37,246 nt of DNA from a virus (IMGVR_UViG_3300027732_000060:1-37246), one strand, 5' to 3'. Counted from the stretch's first letter, positions 15,751 to 25,754 are shown. A program made the numbers and translations. Notes: a model not told the origin generated them from the sequence alone.

Positions 15751-17571
15751 TTATTGTCCTTGCGTTGCGCCAATGGTAGTGCCATATCCGAGTTGCATTG
15801 CTTTGTCGCGCAGTGAAGTTGCCAGTGGTTGCACCTTTGTGATGTTTGCTTTTGCCATCATCATGGCGGCCATCTTAGGGTCAAGCATTGCCTGCACCAG
15901 CAACTGCTGAATCTGCTCATCAGGCAGCTTGTACAAGAAGTCCAAAGGCCGAGTCATTGTTCGCAGTGTGGTGTTGGTAGCCATGGACTCGCTGAACACT
16001 CGTCCGATCAGGTTGCCCATACTCATGTTCTTAAATGTGTCAGAGCCTGGTGGCTTAACGCCTGGCGCTGTTGCCGCCATACCGCGATTGATTTCATCAA
16101 CAATGTTATCCAAGCGCGTCTGCGCCGGAATAGACAGCTTGAGATCAAGTTCCTCTGCTTTGTTTGCCAGTTGGCGGCGCAGACTACCAGCGGCCAACAC
16201 TGGCTCACCTGTCATTAGGTTTGGCTGGCCGGTGGTGACACGGCGCTCAATCTCTTGCAACACGCGCATCTGATCAATAGGACCGGACATCTTGGAATAT
16301 TTTTCCATGTAGTTTTTAAAGCCAGGCGCTGCCGCATCAATCACATCATCAACGGCTGCAATGACTTGCTTGAGTTGACCGCTTGCAAGTCGCAGGCTTG
16401 GATTCTCTTGGTTGTACTTGCCTTGCGCGGCAGCCGCCAAGTCCTTGCGGATTTCGTACAACTCCATCGGAGACTTTGCGCGAGCCACTCGATCAGCGGC
16501 AAACTTCATGGCGGTTTCAACATCCTGACGCACACCGACAGGACTTCTCATCACATTGTCGATGGCCTGATTCACCACCAGTTTGATGCCGGTCTGGAAT
16601 GTCACAGGGTCAACCGTCACACCGGCAAAGGCTTGCTCACGCAATGGCTTGGTGACATCAGTGCGCTTGAGTTCAGCCACGGCCACCGAGCCAGGCTTGC
16701 CGGAGAGTTTGCGAAAACCCTCAAGCAAAGCCTGCTGATTTGCAGACAAGCGGCTTGGGAATGCGCCAGTTTGATCCAAGGCTCTGATGGCAGTCTCGGC
16801 AGCGGCCAAGCCAGGATCAAACGCTGTGGCGGCTGTAGTGGGTTGCACGCCTGGCACAAGTGGCTCGGCTCTGCTTAGATTTTCCCTTGCTCTCTCTGGA
16901 TTTGTTGAAAGCCGATTAAGCAAATTACCAATAATTGTTTCTCTGCCAGCTTGCGTGAACGGTTGCACCATTGATGCTGTTGGTGTTGCAACAGATCGCT
17001 CCAACAAGGCGCGGGTTGTTCCAGAGCCTGGCGCAACCATACCCGCCAGCATCGCGCCAGTTACCTGCATAGATGGTGGCGCACCACCCTCGCGCAGTGA
17101 ACCGGCTGCTGCTGTCGATGCGGTGGCCGCCGCAGCCTGTGCGCGTGGATTTGTAGCCAGCATCTTCAAGAATTCTTGCGCTGTCTGAGACTGCACCGCA
17201 GGCAGTGCGCGTTGAGCCAAATTAGCAACAGCGGGAACGCCATAGCCAGCCGTTGCAATGTCTTGCACAACTCGCTCTTGCGCTGTCTGCGGCTCAGGAA
17301 AGCCCATCGCTGAGAGCGTTCTAGGCACTGCCTGAGTCATTGTCGGCAGGTTAGTGCCTGCGGCCAGATTAAAGAAGTTGACGGCAGGATCAACCACCAA
17401 TGGCAACATACCGCCAGCCGACATCACGGCCTGCGCCATAGGACGTACTGATAGACCTGCTTGGCGGCCAACTTCATCCATTCCGATTGGCTGCGCGGAT
17501 GGTTGTATTGATGGCAAATCATCAGCAGGAACAAGGTTTGCCGGTAAATCAGAAACAGGTACTTTTGCCAT
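15751..17571 (-). CDS. Putative ejection / DNA transfer protein
   Basis: 606 aa, Ala/Gly-rich, helical, Cys-free; podovirus gene position. Confidence 0.65.
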   Translation of the reverse strand: MAKVPVSDLPANLVPADDLPSIQPSAQPIGMDEVGRQAGLSVRPMAQAVMSAGGMLPLVVDPAVNFFNLAAGTNLPTMTQAVPRTLSAMGFPEPQTAQERVVQDIATAGYGVPAVANLAQRALPAVQSQTAQEFLKMLATNPRAQAAAATASTAAAGSLREGGAPPSMQVTGAMLAGMVAPGSGTTRALLERSVATPTASMVQPFTQAGRETIIGNLLNRLSTNPERARENLSRAEPLVPGVQPTTAATAFDPGLAAAETAIRALDQTGAFPSRLSANQQALLEGFRKLSGKPGSVAVAELKRTDVTKPLREQAFAGVTVDPVTFQTGIKLVVNQAIDNVMRSPVGVRQDVETAMKFAADRVARAKSPMELYEIRKDLAAAAQGKYNQENPSLRLASGQLKQVIAAVDDVIDAAAPGFKNYMEKYSKMSGPIDQMRVLQEIERRVTTGQPNLMTGEPVLAAGSLRRQLANKAEELDLKLSIPAQTRLDNIVDEINRGMAATAPGVKPPGSDTFKNMSMGNLIGRVFSESMATNTTLRTMTRPLDFLYKLPDEQIQQLLVQAMLDPKMAAMMMAKANITKVQPLATSLRDKAMQLGYGTTIGATQGQ

Positions 17572-18989
17572 TATTTGTACTCCCAGTTTCCATTTCTGAA
17601 AATGATTGGCTTACCGCTTTTTGAAACTGATTCTGCCCCCTCTGTAATGCCGCCAGCCGGTGGAGGCATTGGAGGAAGTGGCTGATACGACTTGCCAGCA
17701 GACCTCTTCATGGCCTCAGTCGCAATCTCACGCGCTCTTGCTTTTTGCTGGATGACAATAGCATCATCATTGATTTGCGGAAAGTACGTCTGATACTCCC
17801 TTGCCATTTCATCTACGCCAATGGCAGCGCCTGATTCTTTACGCAACTTGGCGCGAATCCATGCCTGTGCCGCTTGTTCATATTGCTGAGTGGCGGCTGG
17901 TTGTACAAGTCTTTTTGTCACATCTCCAACAAATGGAACTGATCCTGCAATTCCACTACCAGCGCCTGGTTGCGATCCAACAGGCAACAGCTTGATGATG
18001 CCCTCGGCATTCTCCATCTGATTTGCAAAGCCAGCCGCGTTTGATTCACTTTCAGTAGCCTTTGCCGGTGCTTTACCTTTCAGCGGTACGCCACCAGCAC
18101 CAGCCACAGGTATTGCGGGTAAGCCAGGCACTTTAGGCACATAGAACACGCCATCCTCATTCTCAACTCGCTCATACTGACCACGCTGGAATTCAGCCTC
18201 AGAGAGATTTAATCTACGGCGCTCCATTGAAAGGCGCTCGCGCTCGGCTGGCGTGATACCTGTGCCGTATGTTTCACCACCGGCTAACTTTGTCTTATCA
18301 ATTGCAACAATGCGGCCATCAACATTTTGTAAAACGACATCACGCTTGGGACCAAAGCCTGACATTGTTTTAATTGCGCCGCTTTCAAATTGCTGAACCA
18401 TTACAGGCTTACCTGTTTCATCAGATACTTCAAATGGATTTCCAGAAACTTTTTCTCGCGGCATTAGCTTCTGCGCCATGTCAAAGAATTTTGAGGCTTG
18501 CTCAGGATTTGTGGCAGCATAAAGATCGGCCAACTTCATGTACTGTTGAGACTTGAATTCGTTGGCGCTAACACCCTCTGGTGCTGTTTGCCCTAAAAAG
18601 TTCTGCACATTTCCTTGCATATCTTTTTGACGTTTGTACTCATCCAGCTTCTGCTTAGTCAGAATCTGATTGATGGCATTGGTCTGTGCGCCTTGGTAGC
18701 CAGCAGTGCCAGCCTCGTATGCGCTGCCAAGTGCCTCGCCAAGTCCAATAGGTGTAGTGCTTGTGCGTCCTGACTTCAGCAACGACATGGCGGCCTGCAT
18801 CAGAGCCTGACGCTGCATCTGCTTTTGCTGCTCTGCTGTCAGATAGTCGCTTAATCCAGAGTCGCCACCAGCAAACAGCAAACCACCAAGGTTTGATGCA
18901 AATGAAGATTGACCGACATTACCTGCCGGTGTCGGCAGACTCGTCTTGAAATATTCTGGTAACGGTTCGTCAATTCCATAATTTGCCAT
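17571..18989 (-). CDS. Putative ejection / internal virion protein
   Basis: 472 aa, Q/A/G-rich; LRKESGAAIG..E..YFPQ motif; position. Confidence 0.65.
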   Translation of the reverse strand: MANYGIDEPLPEYFKTSLPTPAGNVGQSSFASNLGGLLFAGGDSGLSDYLTAEQQKQMQRQALMQAAMSLLKSGRTSTTPIGLGEALGSAYEAGTAGYQGAQTNAINQILTKQKLDEYKRQKDMQGNVQNFLGQTAPEGVSANEFKSQQYMKLADLYAATNPEQASKFFDMAQKLMPREKVSGNPFEVSDETGKPVMVQQFESGAIKTMSGFGPKRDVVLQNVDGRIVAIDKTKLAGGETYGTGITPAERERLSMERRRLNLSEAEFQRGQYERVENEDGVFYVPKVPGLPAIPVAGAGGVPLKGKAPAKATESESNAAGFANQMENAEGIIKLLPVGSQPGAGSGIAGSVPFVGDVTKRLVQPAATQQYEQAAQAWIRAKLRKESGAAIGVDEMAREYQTYFPQINDDAIVIQQKARAREIATEAMKRSAGKSYQPLPPMPPPAGGITEGAESVSKSGKPIIFRNGNWEYK

Positions 18990-18997
18990 TTTTCACC

Positions 18998-19366
18998 TCA
19001 TCCAAGTAAGCCGGTCATACCGTACATCTTCAGCAATTGCTCGTAATTTTGATTTGCACCGCTTGGCAATTGCATCGGTTGCATCTGCGTTGGCATCTTT
19101 TCTACTTGCGGCTTGCCCGCATCAAGTAAAGCCATTGCCAGTTTTGCGTTTGACATATCCATGCCACCAGTAGGCATCTGACCGAATGACGATGGCGCTC
19201 TCATGCCTGTGCCAGTATCAGGATTGACATAAGGATTTGTAGAACCCATGCCAAGATTCATGCTTGGCGGCTGACCGCCATACAAGTCCATGCCTTGACC
19301 AACTGGCGGTCTACGCATACCACCGGCAGCGTTGCCACCGCCAAATAATTGCATGAAGTCCATCAT
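18998..19366 (-). CDS. Small Gly/Met/Gln-rich putative ejection protein
   Basis: Re-started at ATG 19366 (ATGA overlap); ends in GLLG. Confidence 0.55.
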   Translation of the reverse strand: MMDFMQLFGGGNAAGGMRRPPVGQGMDLYGGQPPSMNLGMGSTNPYVNPDTGTGMRAPSSFGQMPTGGMDMSNAKLAMALLDAGKPQVEKMPTQMQPMQLPSGANQNYEQLLKMYGMTGLLG

Positions 19367-20115
19367 GAGAATGCCCCCAACAAGCCACCGGCAGCCGCAC
19401 CCCATGGTCCGAACTGTGCGCCAGCCGCAGCACCACCCAATATGTTTGCTCCGACATTGCGTGTAGTCGGCTGAGATGTCATGCCTGTTGTTGTAGTCCC
19501 AAGATTAGCAGGCTGCGCTGTCAATGCTGACTGCTGAATAGCCAAACTCTGCAATGGCGCATTACGCTGTGCATCAAGTTGCATCTGTGCGTATTGCTGT
19601 CTAGTCAATCCGAGATTCATGGCGTTTTGAAAGCCACGCATATTGATGTCACGCGCTCCCGCTGCCAACTGTGCGGCTTGCCCATAACCGGCAGAGCGCA
19701 ACTGTCCTGATGTGCGTGCCGCTTCGCGTAGTGCGGCCTCATCGCTCAGTGCGGCCTGTACGCCATAGCGTGATCCACCAAAGGCTTTTGATGCAGTGGC
19801 TTGGTTTGCGTCACGCAAAGCCTGCATCTGCCTTTGTCTGTCAATGTCTTGCAAAGATTGCTGAACGACTTGCTCTTCGTATGGATTTTGAAAAGCAGCA
19901 ATATCCGCAGCGCCAAAGGGCTTCATGCTGGTATCGTACAAGGCCGCTTCACCAGCCTCATAGCGTGGATCAAATCCAGCGAATTGCTGAACACCAAGAC
20001 CGCCAGCGGTAGTACGCGCTAAATCCAAATTCTGCTGATACGCTTGCATCGCATATGGATTTATCTCAGTAGTTTGATTTTGCGTTGTTGTTTGCGGTTT
20101 TCCACCCTTAGACAT
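19363..20115 (-). CDS. Putative DNA pilot/ejection protein (P22 gp7-like position)
   Basis: MSKGGK-TTT start, NPY, AFGGSR, Gly/Ala-rich C-terminus. Confidence 0.65.
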   Translation of the reverse strand: MSKGGKPQTTTQNQTTEINPYAMQAYQQNLDLARTTAGGLGVQQFAGFDPRYEAGEAALYDTSMKPFGAADIAAFQNPYEEQVVQQSLQDIDRQRQMQALRDANQATASKAFGGSRYGVQAALSDEAALREAARTSGQLRSAGYGQAAQLAAGARDINMRGFQNAMNLGLTRQQYAQMQLDAQRNAPLQSLAIQQSALTAQPANLGTTTTGMTSQPTTRNVGANILGGAAAGAQFGPWGAAAGGLLGAFS

Positions 20116-20123
20116 AAGTCACC

Positions 20124-20492
20124 TCACAAGTCTTTGCACATTACGAACCACTTTGGCTCGTATCCCCTGTCTCTTAAAAATGATCTCTCCCAACCCTTAC
20201 GGCCTGCGAGAGACACTCGGCTGCAACCTTCACTCTTCCCCCACGATTCGATGATAGGTTGCATCAATCGGAGTTCATCTAGGTCGCCGCCAGCAAGGAA
20301 GAAGTGCAAATCCTTTAACTGCGGGTAGACAATGACCTCTGTCACTATTACTGAATCAAGACCTGGCCAAAACTGAAAATGCCCCTGCCTGATGCCTTCA
20401 GCAATATCCTCAACTGCGTGACTGCCTCCAGAGTATTCTAAGGCTGCTGCCACATGATGGCGCAGTCTCTCAAACTCTTCCCAATCAATCAA
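20124..20492 (-). CDS. GNAT-fold acetyltransferase-like protein
   Basis: LHFFLAGG..WGKSEGC..GRKGW; between nozzle and ejection genes. Confidence 0.6.
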   Translation of the reverse strand: MIDWEEFERLRHHVAAALEYSGGSHAVEDIAEGIRQGHFQFWPGLDSVIVTEVIVYPQLKDLHFFLAGGDLDELRLMQPIIESWGKSEGCSRVSLAGRKGWERSFLRDRGYEPKWFVMCKDL

Positions 20493-21973
20493 CGCTTACC
20501 TGATGCCACCGCATCAACTCTGGTCACTCCAACGCGCCAATCCTCCAGCACAGCGCCTGTGTAGCGAATCTTGACCTGACGGCCAGAGAAACGCACATCT
20601 GTCGGCTGCGCCGCTGAATATGGGCCGTGCGTAGTCTCGGTCATCGTTGGATAGTCGCGGGTTTTGAATGACACGACAACCTCGCCAAGCGTTTGCTCGT
20701 CCGGTATTACTTTAAGCACAGACATGGTGTTGTCGCCATTGCCAAGCTCATACGGACCAGACTCAGCAAAAACAGAGCCTGAGTCATAGTCATATCCAAC
20801 CTCATGCTCGTAGATGTAACCGTCAGTAGACACCATCAATGGATTTTTGAATACGCCTTTATCAGTGCCTGCTGTACGCGCCAATAATCCTATATTCCAG
20901 TGCTGCTCCCGATAATTGAAAACCACATAACTGTCAATCTCGTTGCTGGCGCTTGATGGGTAGAACCACCAGACTTCACCATACTTGCTATTGTGTACGG
21001 CGTATATCTTGGAGGCTTGGTTGTAGTTGATGTTTGTGAACACATAATCGGACACATCGCAAGGCACTGGCTTGACATATCCATCAAATAACCAAAATCC
21101 TGATTGACTCATCCACATGGCGGCAGAGTCGATGGCAGCCACAGACTGCGCGGAAATCACGCCACAGCCCGATCCGGCACGCTCAAAGGCATAGACATAG
21201 GGTAGACCGACATAAGTCGCGGTGTGGACATCAACATCAGTAAACAGTAGATTGATGCCTCTGACGCGCTTGCCGCACTTTAGTGAACCGCTGGTGTTTA
21301 ACTCAAAGTCACCCGCCTGATTGGTGGCTGACGCTGTCCAGACAGTGTTGTTCTCTTGATCAGACCACTTCACCAGACGCGGATTGATAGATGCGCCCAA
21401 GGCAAACAAGAATCTCTCAGCAGTAGACAGCACAGCCGCACAGCCGGTTGGCGCGTTGGTGATTACAGCCGCCAATGTTGGCGTTGTGAATCCCAACTGC
21501 CACTCGTAGAGCTTGCCGTCATAGTTTGAGCAACCTACTAAATATTCACCCCATGTATCCAGACTCCAAGTAGTCGCAGGTGAAAGTGAGTCAGACGCTG
21601 GACGCTGAATACCATACGCAAATGTTCCATAGGTGTTATAGCCATAACCAGTAATACTGGTTGAATCAGCAATGCCAACTGAAAATCCAGTTGGCGTGAT
21701 CTCTTTTAAAACAAAGGTCGATCCGTTCATTGCATACAGCTTTGAGTTTGTACCAAAAGCAGCCCAAGTAGTTCCGCTATTGTCTCGCCATGACAATAGG
21801 CCACGGCATGATCCACTCATCTGAGTTTCTGTTTTCTTACGCCAGCCGCCAATCGGTCTGAGCGTATTCTCAAACCATCTGACAAGGTTTGCGTCAAACC
21901 AGCGTCCGGCAGACTGATACTCAGTGCCGTTACGGTAAACGCCTGGTGGGATTTTGAGTGGAATGAGTGCCAT
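20489..21973 (-). CDS. Tail nozzle / packaged DNA stabilization protein (P22 gp10-like)
   Basis: 494 aa, beta-rich; WSDQE, EVWWFYP motifs; position. Confidence 0.75.
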   Translation of the reverse strand: MALIPLKIPPGVYRNGTEYQSAGRWFDANLVRWFENTLRPIGGWRKKTETQMSGSCRGLLSWRDNSGTTWAAFGTNSKLYAMNGSTFVLKEITPTGFSVGIADSTSITGYGYNTYGTFAYGIQRPASDSLSPATTWSLDTWGEYLVGCSNYDGKLYEWQLGFTTPTLAAVITNAPTGCAAVLSTAERFLFALGASINPRLVKWSDQENNTVWTASATNQAGDFELNTSGSLKCGKRVRGINLLFTDVDVHTATYVGLPYVYAFERAGSGCGVISAQSVAAIDSAAMWMSQSGFWLFDGYVKPVPCDVSDYVFTNINYNQASKIYAVHNSKYGEVWWFYPSSASNEIDSYVVFNYREQHWNIGLLARTAGTDKGVFKNPLMVSTDGYIYEHEVGYDYDSGSVFAESGPYELGNGDNTMSVLKVIPDEQTLGEVVVSFKTRDYPTMTETTHGPYSAAQPTDVRFSGRQVKIRYTGAVLEDWRVGVTRVDAVASGKR

Positions 21974-21980
21974 GGCTTAA

Positions 21981-22646
21981 TTATGCGGTTTCTACTGACA
22001 GATTGGACACGAATGTGAGAGTGGCAATGACTGATGGCACTACAGGTCTGGTCGGCGAGCTGCTGGCCGCGTAGTGCTCAATCTGCACGCCAACATCTGT
22101 TGGCCGCCACATGATCTCCACATAGTCATTGGCCGCCAGACTTACAAAGAAGTTCAGTGTGGCAACAATGTGGAATGGGTCGCCAACACCTTTCCTTGGC
22201 GCAAAGCCAAATCTGCTGTTTGACTTGTCAATGTTTGTACCGTTCTTACGAAACCACACATCCGCATCTTGAGATGCGTTGGTGGTATTCGTAAACTGAA
22301 TACTGAATTGCAAATTGTAAATTCCAGCCTGCGCCACATTCAGCCTTGACGAATTCGACAAGGTAATGCCATTACTGAAGTCGGTAGTGTCAAAGGTGAC
22401 GGCATAGGCCGTAGTGGTGTTGGCCGCAGTCTGGTCTGTGGAGTCCTGAAACGCGCCATATGGACTGTTGATCCACTTTCCACCGCGCCTGCCGAACAAC
22501 GCTGAGAACAGTGCTGTGAGCCTAGAGAAATAGACATTCAGGCCGCCAAAGGATTGCGTGAAGAAACCCTGATCGTAGGCAGTATTGGCCGCGCCAAGGT
22601 TTGGTGGCGTTGGTGGCGTTATCTGCTGATCAAGGTTTAGTGCCAT
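21981..22646 (-). CDS. Tail needle-like protein with C1q/TNF-like C-terminal domain
   Basis: N-terminal helix, then FD..GIYNL..WFRKNG..LAANDYVE beta-sandwich pattern. Confidence 0.55.
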   Translation of the reverse strand: MALNLDQQITPPTPPNLGAANTAYDQGFFTQSFGGLNVYFSRLTALFSALFGRRGGKWINSPYGAFQDSTDQTAANTTTAYAVTFDTTDFSNGITLSNSSRLNVAQAGIYNLQFSIQFTNTTNASQDADVWFRKNGTNIDKSNSRFGFAPRKGVGDPFHIVATLNFFVSLAANDYVEIMWRPTDVGVQIEHYAASSSPTRPVVPSVIATLTFVSNLSVETA

Positions 22647-22649
22647 GGT

Positions 22650-23114
22650 TTATGCCACCAAGCCAGGCAAATAGGTAGTCTTACCCGCAACCTTAGTGGC
22701 GGTCAATTCTTGCTTTTTCAGATTATTTGGGTCATATGAAATATGACACCAGCCGGAATCAGGAATGCCAGGTGTGTAGAACTCAAGGATGAGCTGTGTA
22801 TATTCAAGGTTATCCATGATCCACTGTGCAAGGTCAGCATTAGCCACGCCAGGTATCTCAATATCTGCCGCCATACCTTTGCAATGGTCAGAAGTTTTAG
22901 AGCCTCCAACCGCAGCATTTGACTCTGGTGAACGGTAGGCAGAGTTCACCTTCACGCCTTTGCCGTAATGGTCACGCACCGGCTGCAACACCTTTTCGCA
23001 AAGCAGTCGCAGATTCTCTGTCGCCTCATCATCTGGCGTATTGTCAAAGCCCATGCGTAAGGCTGTCTCTGACTTGCACATCTCATGCAGGCTGAAATTG
23101 GCTGATAGATTCAT
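22650..23114 (-). CDS. Endolysin, peptidase M15 family
   Basis: SAYRS..N..VGG..SDH..GMAAD..WCHISY zinc motif. Confidence 0.9.
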   Translation of the reverse strand: MNLSANFSLHEMCKSETALRMGFDNTPDDEATENLRLLCEKVLQPVRDHYGKGVKVNSAYRSPESNAAVGGSKTSDHCKGMAADIEIPGVANADLAQWIMDNLEYTQLILEFYTPGIPDSGWCHISYDPNNLKKQELTATKVAGKTTYLPGLVA

Positions 23115-23581
23115 TTCATAGTCCTCATTTGTTCATAGGTTTGGATGCAGGTGTTGAGCTTTCGGATGGCGGTGTCTCCTTCGGCTGTGATGGCGATAAG
23201 AGCTTCAGCAGTCGATCTGTCAAGTTCGGCTGATGCTGTTCCGCTGTCACCTCCAGCGGCAGCGGTGGCATCACCGGAGGCTGGTACGGCGCACTGGGTT
23301 TTGACAGGAATCCGCAGGCTGAGAGTGCCACTGGCAATATCAGCACGCAACTTGTCTTCTTTAGCTTTTGCAGCATTGTTTGCCCTTCGTAATGTCTGTC
23401 CATAAGTCTGAGCCACTTGCGCCATCGCCTGCTCGGTTTCCCTTGCCTTGACGTTTAGCGCAGCAATCTCAATCTGCTGTCGCGTGTGCTCGTCATGCTT
23501 ACCCTTGAAGTATCCACCACCAAAGGCTGACATCACCGACATGATGATGCCAAGCAGTACCCAAGGATTAAACAGGCTCAT
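23111..23581 (-). CDS. Rz: Inner-membrane spanin (Rz-like)
   Basis: N-terminal TM, coiled coil, LRADIASGTLSLRI..C..AELD..EGD.AI..L..C. Confidence 0.85.
   Translation of the reverse strand: MSLFNPWVLLGIIMSVMSAFGGGYFKGKHDEHTRQQIEIAALNVKARETEQAMAQVAQTYGQTLRRANNAAKAKEDKLRADIASGTLSLRIPVKTQCAVPASGDATAAAGGDSGTASAELDRSTAEALIAITAEGDTAIRKLNTCIQTYEQMRTMK
23125..23376 (-). CDS. Rz1: Outer-membrane spanin lipoprotein (Rz1-like), embedded in Rz
   Basis: Signal peptide with lipobox LSAC, Pro-rich mature part; alternate frame inside Rz. Confidence 0.8.
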   Translation of the reverse strand: MLQKLKKTSCVLILPVALSACGFLSKPSAPYQPPVMPPLPLEVTAEQHQPNLTDRLLKLLSPSQPKETPPSESSTPASKPMNK

Positions 23582-23898
23582 GGTGCTGGCGGTTCGTCAT
23601 TGTCAATGACCTCTGCCTTGGCGCTGGCATTAGCTACTGCTTTGACAGCAGACCGGCCTGCGACACCACCCAACACGCCAGTGATGAAAACCATTATGGT
23701 GTTGATCTGTTGCGTGTATATCTTGTCTATGGCGGCCATGCCTGACATGGGTTGCGTCACGAATGAAACTGAGTAAAGAAACATGGCAACCGATCCAAGA
23801 AGAATTAATGTCAAAGCAAATATCACGATAGCCCAAATACGGACTTCGATCTCTTCGGCAGTCATGCGGTTGTTTGGTTTATATCCGATGGTAGGCAT
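23578..23898 (-). CDS. Two-TM membrane protein, holin candidate
   Basis: Two hydrophobic segments; in lysis cassette. Confidence 0.55.
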   Translation of the reverse strand: MPTIGYKPNNRMTAEEIEVRIWAIVIFALTLILLGSVAMFLYSVSFVTQPMSGMAAIDKIYTQQINTIMVFITGVLGGVAGRSAVKAVANASAKAEVIDNDEPPAP

Positions 23899-24077
23899 TA
23901 CTTCTTCTCCGGTTCGGGTTTCACAAGCATCTCAGGACAAGTCGCTGTAGCTGTACAGATTGGCGGCTTGCACTCTGCATTATTCCAGTTTGTTGGGTCT
24001 TGGCATGGGTAGCGAAATCTGTCTTCGCAGCCGGTCAAACACAGGATTGTGATTAATAGAATCAGGCTCTTTGTCAC
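23898..24077 (-). CDS. 59-aa Cys-rich lipoprotein (absent from ORF track)
   Basis: GTG start; MTKSLILLITILCLTGC-EDRFRYPCQDPTNWNNAECKPPICTATATCPEMLVKPEPEKK; lipobox LTGC; TAATG coupling. Confidence 0.75.
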   Translation of the reverse strand: MTKSLILLITILCLTGCEDRFRYPCQDPTNWNNAECKPPICTATATCPEMLVKPEPEKK

Positions 24078-24237
24078 GGGTTTTCCTTTCTATTCGTCTC
24101 TCTATTCTCTCAATCTTTTCTAGCATTTTCTTGGTTTCATTTTTAGTCTCCAAGATGTCAAGATAAAGAAATGCGCCCAAGGGCAAAAAGAACGCCACAA
24201 GAATTACGGCAAATAACCATCCCATCGCCCCCATCAT
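23980..24237 (-). CDS. N-terminal TM plus coiled-coil protein
   Basis: Re-started at ATG 24237 (GAGGA RBS, ATGA overlap). Confidence 0.6.
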   Translation of the reverse strand: MMGAMGWLFAVILVAFFLPLGAFLYLDILETKNETKKMLEKIERIERRIERKTRDKEPDSINHNPVFDRLRRQISLPMPRPNKLE

Positions 24238-24938
24238 GTGATCCTCTGTTTCGTCACGAAAAACAGTAGCAGCCACAGGTATAGGATAAGAATAAGGGTC
24301 AGGACGCTTAGCCCCACCTTTAACCGCTGGCTGGCCTCTCTTTGTTGACGTTGCCATCTTGCCCTCTTTGCTTTAGCCTCCTGCGCCAGCCTAGCTGCCT
24401 CCTGCTCTACGCCAACAATCTCATGCATATCCATGACCTTAGAGTACAGAGCACCTAGTTCCGGCGGTGCGTTCCATGTCATCGCCATCCGAATCTCTTC
24501 CACCAATTTTTGCATCTGATCCTGCGCCCTCACACGCTTGATGGCGGCCTCAAAGTGATTCTGGGTAGGGTCATAGACAGTTCTAGATTTCTCCTCCTCA
24601 GATCGGATGTGGTCTGCGAGCTGCTGCTGGATATGGAAAAACTGAATTAGCTGATCTACAACGTCATTCAGTATTGCTTCCTCGTCTACCTCAACAAACT
24701 TCTCTTTCTTCTTTGCTGCTGGCTTTGCTTGCTGTTGTTGCTTTTGTTTTGGCTTGCCTGCAAAGAATTGCAGTAACTGTCTCCAGAACCCCTGCAACTC
24801 TTTACCAACTTCAACAACCTGATCCGCTGTCTTCTTTATTTCAACAAACTGCGTTTTGCATTCACGGTACAGCTCACAGCCAGCCGTTATCTGCTTGCAG
24901 ATGCCCGCGGCCATAAGGCACAGCGTGATCGGATCAAT
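24234..24938 (-). CDS. Coiled-coil protein with C-terminal TM; probable ATT start
   Basis: ORF 24234..24914 extends in frame to ATT-GAT-CCG-ATC (IDPIT) after AGGGG. Confidence 0.65.
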   Translation of the reverse strand: MDPITLCLMAAGICKQITAGCELYRECKTQFVEIKKTADQVVEVGKELQGFWRQLLQFFAGKPKQKQQQQAKPAAKKKEKFVEVDEEAILNDVVDQLIQFFHIQQQLADHIRSEEEKSRTVYDPTQNHFEAAIKRVRAQDQMQKLVEEIRMAMTWNAPPELGALYSKVMDMHEIVGVEQEAARLAQEAKAKRARWQRQQREASQRLKVGLSVLTLILILYLWLLLFFVTKQRIT

Positions 24939-24939
24939 T

Positions 24940-25134
24940 TCATGCCCCTATCAATTTGTTGACGATCACGCCAACAAAGCCTGGTCCTAACAGCACCGAA
25001 CCGATCACCACATAGAGCAAATACTCTATGCGCGTCATGCGCCTGTCGCCTTCGGTAAAGGCTTTCTCAATGGCGGCGTATCGTTCACTGCATACCGCAA
25101 CATGAACGGCGTGATCTTTTTCAACATCGCTCAT
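24940..25134 (-). CDS. Small C-terminal-TM protein, holin/XhlA-like candidate
   Basis: H.AVC.ERY..I..RMTRIE plus TM; ATGA overlap. Confidence 0.6.
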   Translation of the reverse strand: MSDVEKDHAVHVAVCSERYAAIEKAFTEGDRRMTRIEYLLYVVIGSVLLGPGFVGVIVNKLIGA

Positions 25135-25754
25135 ACTGTGCGCTTCCAAATTGCCACGGTGATATATGGCTGATAGTTTGCGTTTGTTGCAGTTACACCC
25201 TCTGTACTATTTGATGTTGCCACTGTGATGCCTGTGGTTTTTGATCCTGTATTACCAGAAACAGCGCCAGCACCTGTTCCATTAATATTAGCAACCAATG
25301 ATCCGGGTGATGGTTGTGTATATGAATGGAAGTGTCCAGGATCAGTAACTGTTGAAGTAGCTGTGTGAGTATGGCTTGGAAGAGCAGCGTCTGCACTACC
25401 GCCAGTTTCTTCAAGCGCGTCAAACAGCGCGTTGCTTGCGTTATATCCAACTGGTACGCGTCCGGCGCCAAATGCAGTCCATGTACCAAATCCAAGTAAT
25501 GTTGCAGGGTTTGTGGTCACAGATGAGTTGAAGTACAGCGAGCCAACTGGATAGTTCAACTTGCCGATTTCAATCGCAAGATTGGCCATTGTGCCAACGC
25601 CTGTGCCACCTTTGGCAACCTTTAGATATGCGCCAGTATCAAACAACGCATCGATAGTGTCCATGTCAGTATTGAGTTTTGTCCCCCATGAATCTGAAGA
25701 AGCTCCTACCTCTGGCTTGACAAGCCCTAGATTTGTTGTTGTGGTATCAGCCAT
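25131..25754 (-). CDS. Tail fibre/baseplate-type structural protein (T4 gp10 C-terminal-like)
   Basis: YPVGSLY..GFGTW..GRVPVG..TGG..PSHTH..QPYITV..WKR. Confidence 0.7.
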   Translation of the reverse strand: MADTTTTNLGLVKPEVGASSDSWGTKLNTDMDTIDALFDTGAYLKVAKGGTGVGTMANLAIEIGKLNYPVGSLYFNSSVTTNPATLLGFGTWTAFGAGRVPVGYNASNALFDALEETGGSADAALPSHTHTATSTVTDPGHFHSYTQPSPGSLVANINGTGAGAVSGNTGSKTTGITVATSNSTEGVTATNANYQPYITVAIWKRTV

